Of a stretch of 64,000 nucleotides of DNA, positions 26,756 to 35,621 are shown piece by piece. Every line of letters begins with the position of its first letter. Position 1 is the stretch's first letter. A model generated the notes under the pieces. That model was not told where the DNA came from. It did no database searches and saw only the letters and a list, made by a program, of their open reading frames with translations. Location of the stretch: the NCBI GenBank assembly GCA_040005235.1, contig JBDTZG010000008.1, positions 32,001-96,000 of the forward strand, written 5' to 3'. Source of the stretch: Acidobacteriota bacterium. Its GTDB lineage: Bacteria; Acidobacteriota; Thermoanaerobaculia; Multivoradales; UBA5704. The position numbers and the translations under genes were made by a program.

Positions 26756-29366
26756 GCTCAAGGGCCTGCCGCTGGGGGTCAAGATCTTTCTCGCGACCTC
26801 CCTGCTGATCGCTCTGGCGGTCGGCGCCGCGGTCGCCGTGACGACGATCCTGGTGCGGCGCATCGCGCTCCAGGCGATCGACGAGACGCTCGCGCAGACC
26901 TCGGCGGCGCAGACCGCCTTTCAAGACGAGCGCGGCAAGAGGCTGCTCGCGACCGCGCGTCTGTTCGCGAGCGATCCGTCGCTCAACGCCTATGTCGCCG
27001 AGGCGGCGGCGACCCGCGACAGCTCGTCGATTCTCGATCTGCTCAACGAACGGCAGCGCGACGTGGGATTCGATTTCGCGATCGTGCTCGACTCGACGGG
27101 CAAGGTGCTCGCGCGCACCGACCGGCCGAACGGCGCGGGCGAGGATCTGGCGAACCGACCGCTGATCGCCAAGTCGATCACCGACTTCGAGGCGGCCGGC
27201 GTGTGGATCGAGGACGGCAGGCTCTACGACGCGGTCGCGGTGCCGCTCCAGCGCGAATTCAACCTGCTCGGTTTTTTCGTCGCCGGGTTCGCGATCACCG
27301 ACGCCTCGGCGCTCGAAGTGCAGAAGGTGAGCGGCAGCGAGGTGGCCTACGTCACGGCCGGTGCCAAAGGTCCGGTGGTCGTCGCCTCGACGATGCCGCA
27401 GCTCGCCCCCGTTCTTGCGCAGGCGCTCGCCGCCTCGCAGCACACGATGGGCGAGGTGATGGAAGAGGGGCGCGAGGTCACCCGCGTCCAGCTCTCCCTG
27501 CGCGACGAGCCCTGGATCGCGTCGGTGGTGCCGCTCAAGGACGCCGGGGGTAAGGCGGTCGGCGCCACGGTGGGGTTCGCCTCGCTGGCGCGCGAGCTGA
27601 CCAGCTATCGGGAGATTCAAAACGCGTTGATCGCCTCCGGCCTGGTCGCCGCCCTTCTCGCGCTGTTCCTGTCGTTCGGTCTGGCGCGGCGGATGCTCGC
27701 GCCGGTGCGACAACTGGCTGTGGCGGCCGGGGCGGCAAGGCAGGGCAACTACGATCAGAAGATCGACACCGGGCGACGCGACGAGGTGGGGGAGCTGGCC
27801 CGCTCGTTCGATCAGCTGCTCACCGATCTCCGCGAGAAGCGCGACATGGAGGTCTACGTCGCCGAGCTGTCGCGCAGTCTGCCGGAACCGGCGTCGGCGC
27901 GGCCGATGATCGGCACGGCCAAGGCGCGCGATCTGATCGTCTTCGCGATCGAGCTCAAGCGCTACGCGCGGACGGACGGCGACCCGGAGCAGGTGTTGGA
28001 GCGCCTGGCCTCGGACTGGAAGCGGATCGCCGGGGCGATCTCCTCCCGCCGCGGATTGGTCGAATCGGTCTCGGGACACCGACTGCTCGCGCGCTTCGAC
28101 GGCGAAGGACGTGGGCCGCGCGCGCTCGCCGCGGCGGCCGACATCTTGGGGTTGGAGCCGGACGGCAGCTCGGACGCACCCTCGCTCGCCCTCGCCTCGG
28201 GGGCGGCGGTGACCGGGCCGATCAGCTGGCGCGAGGGGGCCGACAACGCTCTGATCGGCCTGCCGGTGCAGCGTCTGGAAGGATTGTTGCGCGAGGCGGC
28301 GCCGGGTGACCTACTGCTCACGCGCGAGGTCCACGACGAGCTGGCAGCGACGCTGGAGGCGGCCGGCTACCGCCTCGCGCCGCGGAAGGGAGTGCTCTCG
28401 ACCCAGCCGTTCTATGCGCTCAGCGCCAACGTTGCGGCCCGAGTCACCGGCGCGCGCGGGGTGGCGTTGATCGAGGCCGCAGCGGCGGCTGGCGGCGCTA
28501 GGACCGGCGCGTATTCCAACGCCGCTCCGACGCTTTCGGGAATCTCGCCGGGCAGCCTGCTCGGGGCTCGGTTCGAGATCCTCGCGGTGCTCGGGGCAGG
28601 CGGAATGGGCGTCGTCTACAAGGCGCGCGACCGCGAGCTGGACGACCTGGTGGCGCTCAAAATGCTCAAGCGCGAGCTGTGGGGCGATCGCACCCAGCTC
28701 GATCGGCTGAAGAGCGAGATCAAGCTGGCGCGGAAGATCACCCACCCCAACGTCCTACGCACCCACGACTTCGGCGAGATCGACGGCGTGCCCTACATCT
28801 CGATGGAGTTCGTACGCGGCGTCACCCTGCGCTACCTGCTCGACCAGACCCAGTCGCTGCCGTATTCGGCCGCCCTGCGCCTGGCCCGTCAATTGTGCGC
28901 GGGCTTGAGCGCGGCGCACGCCCAAGGGGTGCTCCATCGCGACATCAAGCCGGAGAACCTGATCATCGAGGCGGCCGGCAACGCCAAGCTGATGGATTTC
29001 GGTATCGCCCGGCCGATCGACCGGATGGCGCCGGGGGAGACCCAAGCCGGCTGGGTGGTCGGCACCCCCATGTACATGGCGCCTGAAGTGCTCCAAGGGC
29101 GCGAGGCCGACGTGCGCGGCGACCTCTACGCCGTGGGCATACTGCTGTACGAAATCTTCACCGGCAAACCGCCGTTTTCCGGATCGACGCCCATCGAGAT
29201 CATGCTCAAACAGATCAAGGACGAGCCTCTGCCGCCGCGCGGTCCGAACGGCGATCTCGATCCGGCGCTCGCGGCCGCGATCCTTCGCTGCCTCAAAAAA
29301 GACCCGGCGGAGCGGTTCCCGAACGTCGACGGCCTGGCCCGGGTGCTCGAAGGGCTTACCGCATGA
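26736..29366 (+). CDS. Membrane sensor Ser/Thr kinase: TM-Cache-TM-HAMP, degenerate cyclase, kinase
   Basis: Two TM segments. HAMP motif DEVGELARSF. Kinase motifs LGAGGMGVVY, VALK, HRDIKPEN, DFG and GTPMYMAPE. Confidence 0.88.
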   Translation: MKNTGDRLKGLPLGVKIFLATSLLIALAVGAAVAVTTILVRRIALQAIDETLAQTSAAQTAFQDERGKRLLATARLFASDPSLNAYVAEAAATRDSSSILDLLNERQRDVGFDFAIVLDSTGKVLARTDRPNGAGEDLANRPLIAKSITDFEAAGVWIEDGRLYDAVAVPLQREFNLLGFFVAGFAITDASALEVQKVSGSEVAYVTAGAKGPVVVASTMPQLAPVLAQALAASQHTMGEVMEEGREVTRVQLSLRDEPWIASVVPLKDAGGKAVGATVGFASLARELTSYREIQNALIASGLVAALLALFLSFGLARRMLAPVRQLAVAAGAARQGNYDQKIDTGRRDEVGELARSFDQLLTDLREKRDMEVYVAELSRSLPEPASARPMIGTAKARDLIVFAIELKRYARTDGDPEQVLERLASDWKRIAGAISSRRGLVESVSGHRLLARFDGEGRGPRALAAAADILGLEPDGSSDAPSLALASGAAVTGPISWREGADNALIGLPVQRLEGLLREAAPGDLLLTREVHDELAATLEAAGYRLAPRKGVLSTQPFYALSANVAARVTGARGVALIEAAAAAGGARTGAYSNAAPTLSGISPGSLLGARFEILAVLGAGGMGVVYKARDRELDDLVALKMLKRELWGDRTQLDRLKSEIKLARKITHPNVLRTHDFGEIDGVPYISMEFVRGVTLRYLLDQTQSLPYSAALRLARQLCAGLSAAHAQGVLHRDIKPENLIIEAAGNAKLMDFGIARPIDRMAPGETQAGWVVGTPMYMAPEVLQGREADVRGDLYAVGILLYEIFTGKPPFSGSTPIEIMLKQIKDEPLPPRGPNGDLDPALAAAILRCLKKDPAERFPNVDGLARVLEGLTA

Positions 29367-30571
29367 GCTCGCGAATAGCATATGGACCGATGGCAACCGA
29401 GAGTCTTGCGGCAGCCGATCCGGCGGCCGACGCCGGAATCGACCTACTGCGCAAACTGCAGGAATACGAGACTCTGCTCGGCATCGCCCACGCGCTGTCG
29501 AGCACGCTCGATCTGTCGCGGGTGATCGATCTCGCGCTGGTCCAGGCCGAAGTGATTTGCAGCGCCGAAACCAGCTCGATCTGGGAGCTGGACGAAGGGA
29601 AGAACGAGCTGTTTTTCCGCGTCGTGAGAGGTACGGCCGCGCGAAGGATTCGCGATCTGCGCGTCGCGGTGGGCGAGGGGATCGCGGGCAGCGTCGCCGC
29701 TTCGGGTCGCGCGGAAGTGGTCAACGACGTGCTCGCCGATCCGCGTTGGAAGGGAGACCCCAATGACTCGTTCCATGCCCGGGCGATCCTCGCCGTGCCG
29801 CTCAAGGCGCATGGCCGGGTGGTCGGCGTCCTTCAGCTCTTGAACCCGCTCGATGGGCCAAGCTTTTCGGACGAGGACCTGCGGCGGATGGAGCAGTTCG
29901 CCGGGGTGCTCGCGCCCGCGATCGAAAATGCCCGCCTCTACGCGCTCCAGAGGCGCCAGTTCCTCGACACCGTGACGGCGATCGCCGAGGCGATCGAAAA
30001 GCGCGATCCTTATACCGGCGGTCACGTCCGCCGGGTGGTCGCGTACTCGGTGCTGCTCGGCACCGAATTGGGACTCGACCCGGCGGAGCTGGAAGAGATC
30101 TACCTCGCCGCCACGCTCCACGACGTGGGCAAGATCGCCACCCCCGACGCGGTGCTCAGGAAGCCCGCACCGCTGGACGAGCAGGAGGCCGCCGTCATGC
30201 GCCGCCACGCGGCGGACGGGGCGGACATCGTCGGGCGTATCCGCGAGCTGCGCCCGGTGCTCCCCGGGGTCCGCCACCATCACGAGCGGCTCGACGGCCA
30301 GGGCTATCCGGACGGCCTGGCGGGCGACGAGATCGCCCGCGTGGCGAAGATCATTGCGGTGGCCGACACGTTCGACGCGATCACCACCTCGCGACCGTAC
30401 CGGCAGGCTCTCGACTCGGCGCGCGCCGCGGCCGAAATCGAGGCGGGAGCGGGCACCCAGTTCTGTCCGCACGTCGTTGCGGCATTCCGTGCCCTCTACG
30501 CCCGCGAAGAGTTCTACCTCGACCGGGCGCTCGCCCTGGTTGCGGCGAAGTTCCCTGACCACGGCGAGTAG
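29363..30571 (+). CDS. GAF + HD-GYP cyclic dinucleotide phosphodiesterase
   Basis: GAF motifs GEGIAG and ENARLY. RDPYTGGH, LHDVGK, HHERLDGQGYP and VADTFDA. Confidence 0.92.
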   Translation: MSSRIAYGPMATESLAAADPAADAGIDLLRKLQEYETLLGIAHALSSTLDLSRVIDLALVQAEVICSAETSSIWELDEGKNELFFRVVRGTAARRIRDLRVAVGEGIAGSVAASGRAEVVNDVLADPRWKGDPNDSFHARAILAVPLKAHGRVVGVLQLLNPLDGPSFSDEDLRRMEQFAGVLAPAIENARLYALQRRQFLDTVTAIAEAIEKRDPYTGGHVRRVVAYSVLLGTELGLDPAELEEIYLAATLHDVGKIATPDAVLRKPAPLDEQEAAVMRRHAADGADIVGRIRELRPVLPGVRHHHERLDGQGYPDGLAGDEIARVAKIIAVADTFDAITTSRPYRQALDSARAAAEIEAGAGTQFCPHVVAAFRALYAREEFYLDRALALVAAKFPDHGE

Positions 30572-30613
30572 GCGTCCCGAGCCCGGGGTATCATGCCCCC
30601 CGGGAGCCGGGCG

Positions 30614-32191
30614 ATGCTGCGACTGCGTTATTCGATCGAAAACCAGGAACGGACGTTGCCGTTGTCGGGCACGCGCCTACGCATCGGACGCGAGGTCGAC
30701 AACGACATCGTGCTGCCCGACTCGTCGGTCTCGCGCCAGCACGCCGAGCTGGTCCACCAGGGGGGGGCGTGGATCGCCCGCGACCTCAAGAGCACGAACG
30801 GCATCCAGCTCAATCGTGCGCCGGTGCTCGAAGCTCGCCTCCAGGCGGGGGACCGGCTGACGATCGGCCTGTTCGAGATCGAGGTCGAGGCCCCACTTCC
30901 TGAGCCCGAGCTTCCCTCCGGCTCGATCGGCAAGCTGCCGGACGCGACGATTCTGCGGCCGATCTCGGACTTCGTCGCCGATTATGGGCTCGAAGGGGAC
31001 CGACGCCCCTCGGCGGACGGCGAAGGGCGATTCGCCAAAGTGATGTTCGGCTCGCTCGCCCGGCTTGCGCGCGAGCTGATCTCGGCCGAATCGGTCGACC
31101 AGGTGCTCGAACGGGTGGTGGCGATCGCCTTCGACGCCCTGCCGATCGACCGCGGGTTCCTTTTGCTTTCCGACGAGGAAGGGCACCTCGCCTGCGAGAT
31201 CGCGCGCTTCGGCGACCGGGTGGAACTGCGGCCGAGCGCGGAGGTGCCGGTCTCCAAAACCATGCTGGAAGCGGTGATGCGCGAGCGGGTCGCCCTGGTC
31301 ACTTACGACGCGATGTCGGACGGCCGACTGGCCGGGGGAGAGTCGATCCGCATGCACCAGATCCGCGCCGCGATGTGCGCGCCGCTCTGGTCCTCCGAGC
31401 GGATCGTCGGCGTCATGCAGGTCGATTCGCCGTCTCAGGTCGGCTCGTTCGCCGAGCGCGACCTCGATTTCCTGACCACCCTCTCGAACTTCGCCGCGGT
31501 GGCGATCGAAAGTGCGCGGAACGCCGAGCGCGCCCAGCACGAGCGCGCGATGCGGAATCGCCTGGAGCGCTACCACAGCCCGAGCGTGATCGAAGAGGTC
31601 TTGCGCGCCGAAGAGGGCGCCGGGCGGCGTGTCCGCACGGCCGAGGCGTCGGTGCTGTTCGCCGACCTGGTCGGTTTCACCCCGATCGCCGAAAGCTCAC
31701 CGCCGGAGGAGGTCGTCTACCTGCTCGACGCCTTTCTGGACCTCGCGGTCGAGGCGGTGTTCGACGCCGGAGGAACCCTCGACAAGTTCATCGGCGACTG
31801 CGTGATGGCGTTCTTCGGCGCGCCGGTCGCACAGGAAGATCATGCACTCCGCGCGGTAAAGGCGGGCATCGACATCCAGCGCCGCCTCGCCGAATGGAAC
31901 TCCGAGCGCACCCGCTCGAACCTGCCGACGCTCGCGGTGCGCATCGCGGTCAACAGCGGTTTGGTCCTGGTGGGCGACATCGGCAGCCGGAGGCGGGTCG
32001 ATTACACCGTCCTGGGTAATACCGTAAATGTCGCGTCTCGACTCGAAGCGCTGGTCGCCAAACCGGGCGACGTGGTCTTCGGCCCGGAGACCGCGCGGAT
32101 GCTAAACGGCGAAATCCCGATGGACTCGCTCGGAGAAGTCCAGTTGAAAGGGTTACGCCAGAAGATCGAAGCGTTCCGGGTCGTGCGATAG
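30614..32191 (+). CDS. FHA-GAF-class III adenylate/guanylate cyclase
   Basis: FHA motifs IGR, VSRQHA and STNG. GAF domain. Cyclase motifs LFADLVGFT, DKFIGDCVMA and YTVLGNTVNVASRLE. Confidence 0.92.
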   Translation: MLRLRYSIENQERTLPLSGTRLRIGREVDNDIVLPDSSVSRQHAELVHQGGAWIARDLKSTNGIQLNRAPVLEARLQAGDRLTIGLFEIEVEAPLPEPELPSGSIGKLPDATILRPISDFVADYGLEGDRRPSADGEGRFAKVMFGSLARLARELISAESVDQVLERVVAIAFDALPIDRGFLLLSDEEGHLACEIARFGDRVELRPSAEVPVSKTMLEAVMRERVALVTYDAMSDGRLAGGESIRMHQIRAAMCAPLWSSERIVGVMQVDSPSQVGSFAERDLDFLTTLSNFAAVAIESARNAERAQHERAMRNRLERYHSPSVIEEVLRAEEGAGRRVRTAEASVLFADLVGFTPIAESSPPEEVVYLLDAFLDLAVEAVFDAGGTLDKFIGDCVMAFFGAPVAQEDHALRAVKAGIDIQRRLAEWNSERTRSNLPTLAVRIAVNSGLVLVGDIGSRRRVDYTVLGNTVNVASRLEALVAKPGDVVFGPETARMLNGEIPMDSLGEVQLKGLRQKIEAFRVVR

Positions 32192-32212
32192 GCGCGGGGC
32201 CAGCCGACCGCT

Positions 32213-32848
32213 TCACCCGTGGATCGCCGGAGCCACTCCCAACCCCCGGGCAAGCTCGGCTTCGAATTCGCGCCAGCCCAGAAAACGCTCGGCGAGGGTG
32301 TCGGGATCGACGTTTCTTCCGGCCAGGCGATAGAACAGCTCCCAATGGCGGCGCTCGGCAGGGCCGAGATCGGCGAGCAGGCGGATGACCTCCCGGTCTT
32401 CGACCACCTCGGCGAGGCGGGTGAAGCGCTCGCAGCTGCGCGCCTCGACCAGGGCGCCGAACAGCAGGCGATCGACCTTGGTCCAGGGCTCGCGCCCCAG
32501 CACGATCCGTTCGCGCAGGCTCTGCGCCCAGCGGTTCTTCCTCCGGCCCCCGAGCGGCCAGCCGCGGCGGGTGAGGATGCCCACCACACGGCGAAAGTGC
32601 TGCACCTCTTCGGCAGCGAGCGACGCGGCGTGCTCGACCAGCTCGGCATCCTCAGGGTAGAAGCCGGCGAGCGACAGCGCATACATCGCCACCTGCTGTT
32701 CGCAGACCGCATGATCGGCGAGCAGCTCGGGCAGGTTCGCGGCAGCCAGCTCCGCCCAGGAGCGCGGCGTCGGGTGGAGCAGCGGCAGCGAGGCATAGAC
32801 CTCTTCGAAGTCGATCGGCGCAGCGCTTTTTTCACTCGGGCGTTTCAT
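32213..32848 (-). CDS. miaE: tRNA-(ms2io6A) hydroxylase MiaE family (ferritin-like di-iron)
   Basis: LADHAVCEQ, EEVQHF, EARSCERF and ERRH. Confidence 0.85.
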   Translation of the reverse strand: MKRPSEKSAAPIDFEEVYASLPLLHPTPRSWAELAAANLPELLADHAVCEQQVAMYALSLAGFYPEDAELVEHAASLAAEEVQHFRRVVGILTRRGWPLGGRRKNRWAQSLRERIVLGREPWTKVDRLLFGALVEARSCERFTRLAEVVEDREVIRLLADLGPAERRHWELFYRLAGRNVDPDTLAERFLGWREFEAELARGLGVAPAIHG

Positions 32849-32890
32849 CGGGGCGGATTGTATCGCCGGCTACGTTACAATCCCGCGCCA
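32849..32890. promoter_or_regulatory. Back-to-back TACAAT -10 boxes for divergent, probably leaderless transcripts
   Basis: TACAAT on minus (32857-32862) lies 8 nt before the miaE ATG. TACAAT on plus (32876-32881) lies 9 nt before the ATG at 32891. No SD sequence on either side. Confidence 0.5.
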
Positions 32891-34087
32891 ATGGTCCCTG
32901 AACTGAGGCGCGCCTTCAACGCGCAGTTTTCCCCCGAACGGTACGCCCGCGTCTGCGAAGTACTCGACGAGGCCGCCGGCCATCACATCCCCTTCCGCAT
33001 CTGCGAGACCCCGCTGTTCCTCCCGGCGGAGACCGCCCGCGAGCTGGCCCACGCGAGCCGCGAGATCCTGGCCCAGGTCACCACCCCGGAGTACGTCGCG
33101 GCGTCGGCGCGCGCGGTGCCGCAAGGGTCGTCGGTGCCCGGATTTGCCGGACCGCCGGTCTTCATCCAGTTCGATTTTGCCCTGGTCCGCGCCGAGGACG
33201 GCCGGATCGTGCCGCGGCTGATCGAGCTACAAGGCTTCCCTTCGCTCTACGGTTTCCAGGCTTTGCTCGCGCGGGTCTACCGCCAGGAGCTAAATCTTCC
33301 GGACGGCTGGACGCCCTTCTTCGGTGGTCTGGACGAGACCCACTACGCCGAGCTTCTCCGTCGCGTGTTGATCGCCGACGGCGATCCGGCCGAGACGGTG
33401 TTGCTCGAAATCGATCCGGAGAGCCAGAAGACGCGGGTGGATTTCGTCTGGACCGAAAAGCTCACCGGGGTGGCGACCGTGGACGTCAAGGACGTGATCG
33501 TCCGCGGCGACCGGGCCTACTATTGCGACCCACGCCAAGGCGGACGCGAAACGCCGATCCGGCGGATCTACAACCGGGCGATCTTCGACGAAGCCGAACG
33601 GCTCGGGCTCGACCTGCCGCCCGTGTTCCGGCAGCCGCTCGACGTCGAGTGGTTGGGACACCCCGATTGGTTCTTCCGGATCAGCAAATTCTCGCTGCCG
33701 TTCTTAAACAGCGAGTACTCGCCCCACTGCGGATTCGTCTCGGCCTTTCCCGAGCCGCCGGCCGATCTCGAAAACTACGTCCTGAAGCCGCTCCGCTCGT
33801 TCGCGGGCCTAGGGGTAGAGCTGAACGTCACTCGCGAGCGCCTGGCCCAGCTCGAACATCCGGAGGACTACATCCTCCAGAAGAAGGTCGAGTACGCCGC
33901 CATCGTCGAAACCCCCGACGTCCTGGCCCGCTGCGAAGTGCGGATGATGTACCTCTGGCTCCCCGAAGGCCCGCGCCTGGTCAACAACCTCGTCCGCATG
34001 ACCAAAGGCGCGATGGTTGGCGTCGATTTCAACAAAGACAAAACCTGGGTCGGCGCGAGTATCGGGCTGCATCCGCCGGTGGAGTAG
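32891..34087 (+). CDS. Conserved hypothetical protein, circularly permuted ATP-grasp / glutathionylspermidine synthase-like
   Basis: FDFAL...LIELQGFPS, IYNRAIFDE, HPDWFFRISK, YVLKPLRSFAGLGV and YILQKKVEY. Confidence 0.7.
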   Translation: MVPELRRAFNAQFSPERYARVCEVLDEAAGHHIPFRICETPLFLPAETARELAHASREILAQVTTPEYVAASARAVPQGSSVPGFAGPPVFIQFDFALVRAEDGRIVPRLIELQGFPSLYGFQALLARVYRQELNLPDGWTPFFGGLDETHYAELLRRVLIADGDPAETVLLEIDPESQKTRVDFVWTEKLTGVATVDVKDVIVRGDRAYYCDPRQGGRETPIRRIYNRAIFDEAERLGLDLPPVFRQPLDVEWLGHPDWFFRISKFSLPFLNSEYSPHCGFVSAFPEPPADLENYVLKPLRSFAGLGVELNVTRERLAQLEHPEDYILQKKVEYAAIVETPDVLARCEVRMMYLWLPEGPRLVNNLVRMTKGAMVGVDFNKDKTWVGASIGLHPPVE

Positions 34088-34165
34088 AGGGAGAGTCGAA
34101 GGCACCGACTTGCGCAGGAAGGACCCAAGGGCTAGGATTGGTCAAGGTTGACCAAGGAGACGCTC

Positions 34166-34408
34166 ATGGCTGAAGCTGTCTACAACCTCTACGAAGCGAA
34201 GACCGGCCTCTCGAACCTGGTGGATCGGGCGGCGGAGGGCGAAGAGATCGTGATCGCGAAGGCAGGCAAGCCCTTGGCGAAGTTGGTGCCCTTTCGCCGG
34301 GAACGGCCGCTCCGACAGCCAGGTGGGTGGGAAGGGAAAGTCTGGATAGCGGACGATTTCGACGCTCCGCTACCTGAAGAGTTGCTGGCTGCCTTCGAAG
34401 GCACCTGA
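34166..34408 (+). CDS. Phd/YefM family antitoxin
   Basis: NLYEAKTGLSNLVDRAAEGEEIVIAKAGKPLAKLVP and DDFDAPLP. AAGGAG RBS. Confidence 0.92.
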   Translation: MAEAVYNLYEAKTGLSNLVDRAAEGEEIVIAKAGKPLAKLVPFRRERPLRQPGGWEGKVWIADDFDAPLPEELLAAFEGT

Positions 34409-34791
34409 TGGCAGCTGACCGCCTGCTTCTCGATACTCACGTCTTTCTGTGGTGGCGAGGCGATCCGGCCCGACTCTCCCCGGAAGTTCGTCGGGCCATC
34501 TCGGAGGCCAATTTGGTACTCGTTAGCGCGGTCTCGGTGTGGGAAGCATCCATCAAATCGAGTTTGGGGAAGCTCAAATTGCCAACCTCGATCGAAGAGG
34601 GGGTAGCGGCAAGCGGCTTCGAGAAGCTACCGATTTCTTTTTCCCATGCTGCGGGAGTCGCTGATCTTCCGTTTCACCATCGCGATCCTTTCGATCGGCT
34701 GTTGATCGCACAGGCTCGCGTCGAGGGCGTCGTACTCGTTACTCACGATCGATCGTTCGAAAACTACCCGGTCGAAATCCTCTGGGCTTGA
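34408..34791 (+). CDS. VapC family PIN-domain toxin
   Basis: LLLDTHVFLW, SVWE, HRDPFDRLLIAQA and VTHD. Coupled to the antitoxin. Confidence 0.93.
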   Translation: MAADRLLLDTHVFLWWRGDPARLSPEVRRAISEANLVLVSAVSVWEASIKSSLGKLKLPTSIEEGVAASGFEKLPISFSHAAGVADLPFHHRDPFDRLLIAQARVEGVVLVTHDRSFENYPVEILWA

Positions 34792-34812
34792 GTCGTGTGA
34801 ATCGGATTCCGA

Positions 34813-35202
34813 TCATGGCGTTGCCGTTCGCCGTTCCTCTACTCGGTCCGGATCGTTGAAGCGGAAGATCTTGACCGTGACCCGACCCTCAGGCGTCAAT
34901 GGCCGGATGATCGGACCGTCCCACTCGAAGTGCTCCGACCAGACATCTTTTCGAGGATTGAAGAACGACGTCAGTTTTCCCGTGCTGGGATCGAACGAGC
35001 CGATGTTCGGTCCCTTGTGCCGGTTGCATAGAAAGCAGGCCAGGGCGAGGTTGCTTGCTTCGGTCTTGCCTTCGTGCTGGACAGCGATGACGTGGTCCGG
35101 CTCGTGCTCCTGAAAAGCCAGCTCCTCGGGGAGGAGGCAGTACTCACAGCGCGCGCCGGCTCGCTGCCGGACGAGGCGGCGCAGTCGTGCCGGTATTCTC
35201 AT
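34813..35202 (-). CDS. HNH endonuclease family protein
   Basis: RCEYC, DHVIA...GKT...NLALACFLCNRHKG and FNPRKDVWSEHF. Confidence 0.88.
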   Translation of the reverse strand: MRIPARLRRLVRQRAGARCEYCLLPEELAFQEHEPDHVIAVQHEGKTEASNLALACFLCNRHKGPNIGSFDPSTGKLTSFFNPRKDVWSEHFEWDGPIIRPLTPEGRVTVKIFRFNDPDRVEERRTATP

Positions 35203-35549
35203 CAAGCAGCCTTGAGTGTTACGGCGGCCTGGGCCTTGAGAAGCCTCACGAGGTGCTCGATTTTCTCAAACTCGTCCAGCTTACGCCGCTCCTCCTCCGA
35301 CAACAGGCCCGCTTGGTTGAGCGCCAACAGGCGTCGGGTGCGCTCCTGCGTTCGCTCGGATGCGTGGTAGGCAAGAATTTCTTTGGGTGAAGGGTCGCCG
35401 GACAAGAACTGGATCACCTCGGTCGCCGTCGCAGCCGCAGCGGTTTGGAAGCCGACGAGGCTGAGCTCCAGGACGGTCGAAAGGAAGGGCTCCAGAGGCC
35501 GGAGGCGTTGGGCCAGGTCGTCGGAAAGCGCCAGGGTAACGCTGGTCAT
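35202..35549 (-). CDS. Small hypothetical protein coupled to the HNH gene (antitoxin-like)
   Basis: MTSVTLALSDDLAQRL N-terminus (RHH-like). SPKEILA...LLALNQAGLLSEEE. Stop overlaps the HNH start. Confidence 0.7.
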   Translation of the reverse strand: MTSVTLALSDDLAQRLRPLEPFLSTVLELSLVGFQTAAAATATEVIQFLSGDPSPKEILAYHASERTQERTRRLLALNQAGLLSEEERRKLDEFEKIEHLVRLLKAQAAVTLKAA

Positions 35550-35621
35550 TTTGGCTCCCGGGCTCTGTGAACTGCCCTCAGGATGAGGGGGCGATCCTAA
35601 CACCACCTTGGCAGGGACCCC

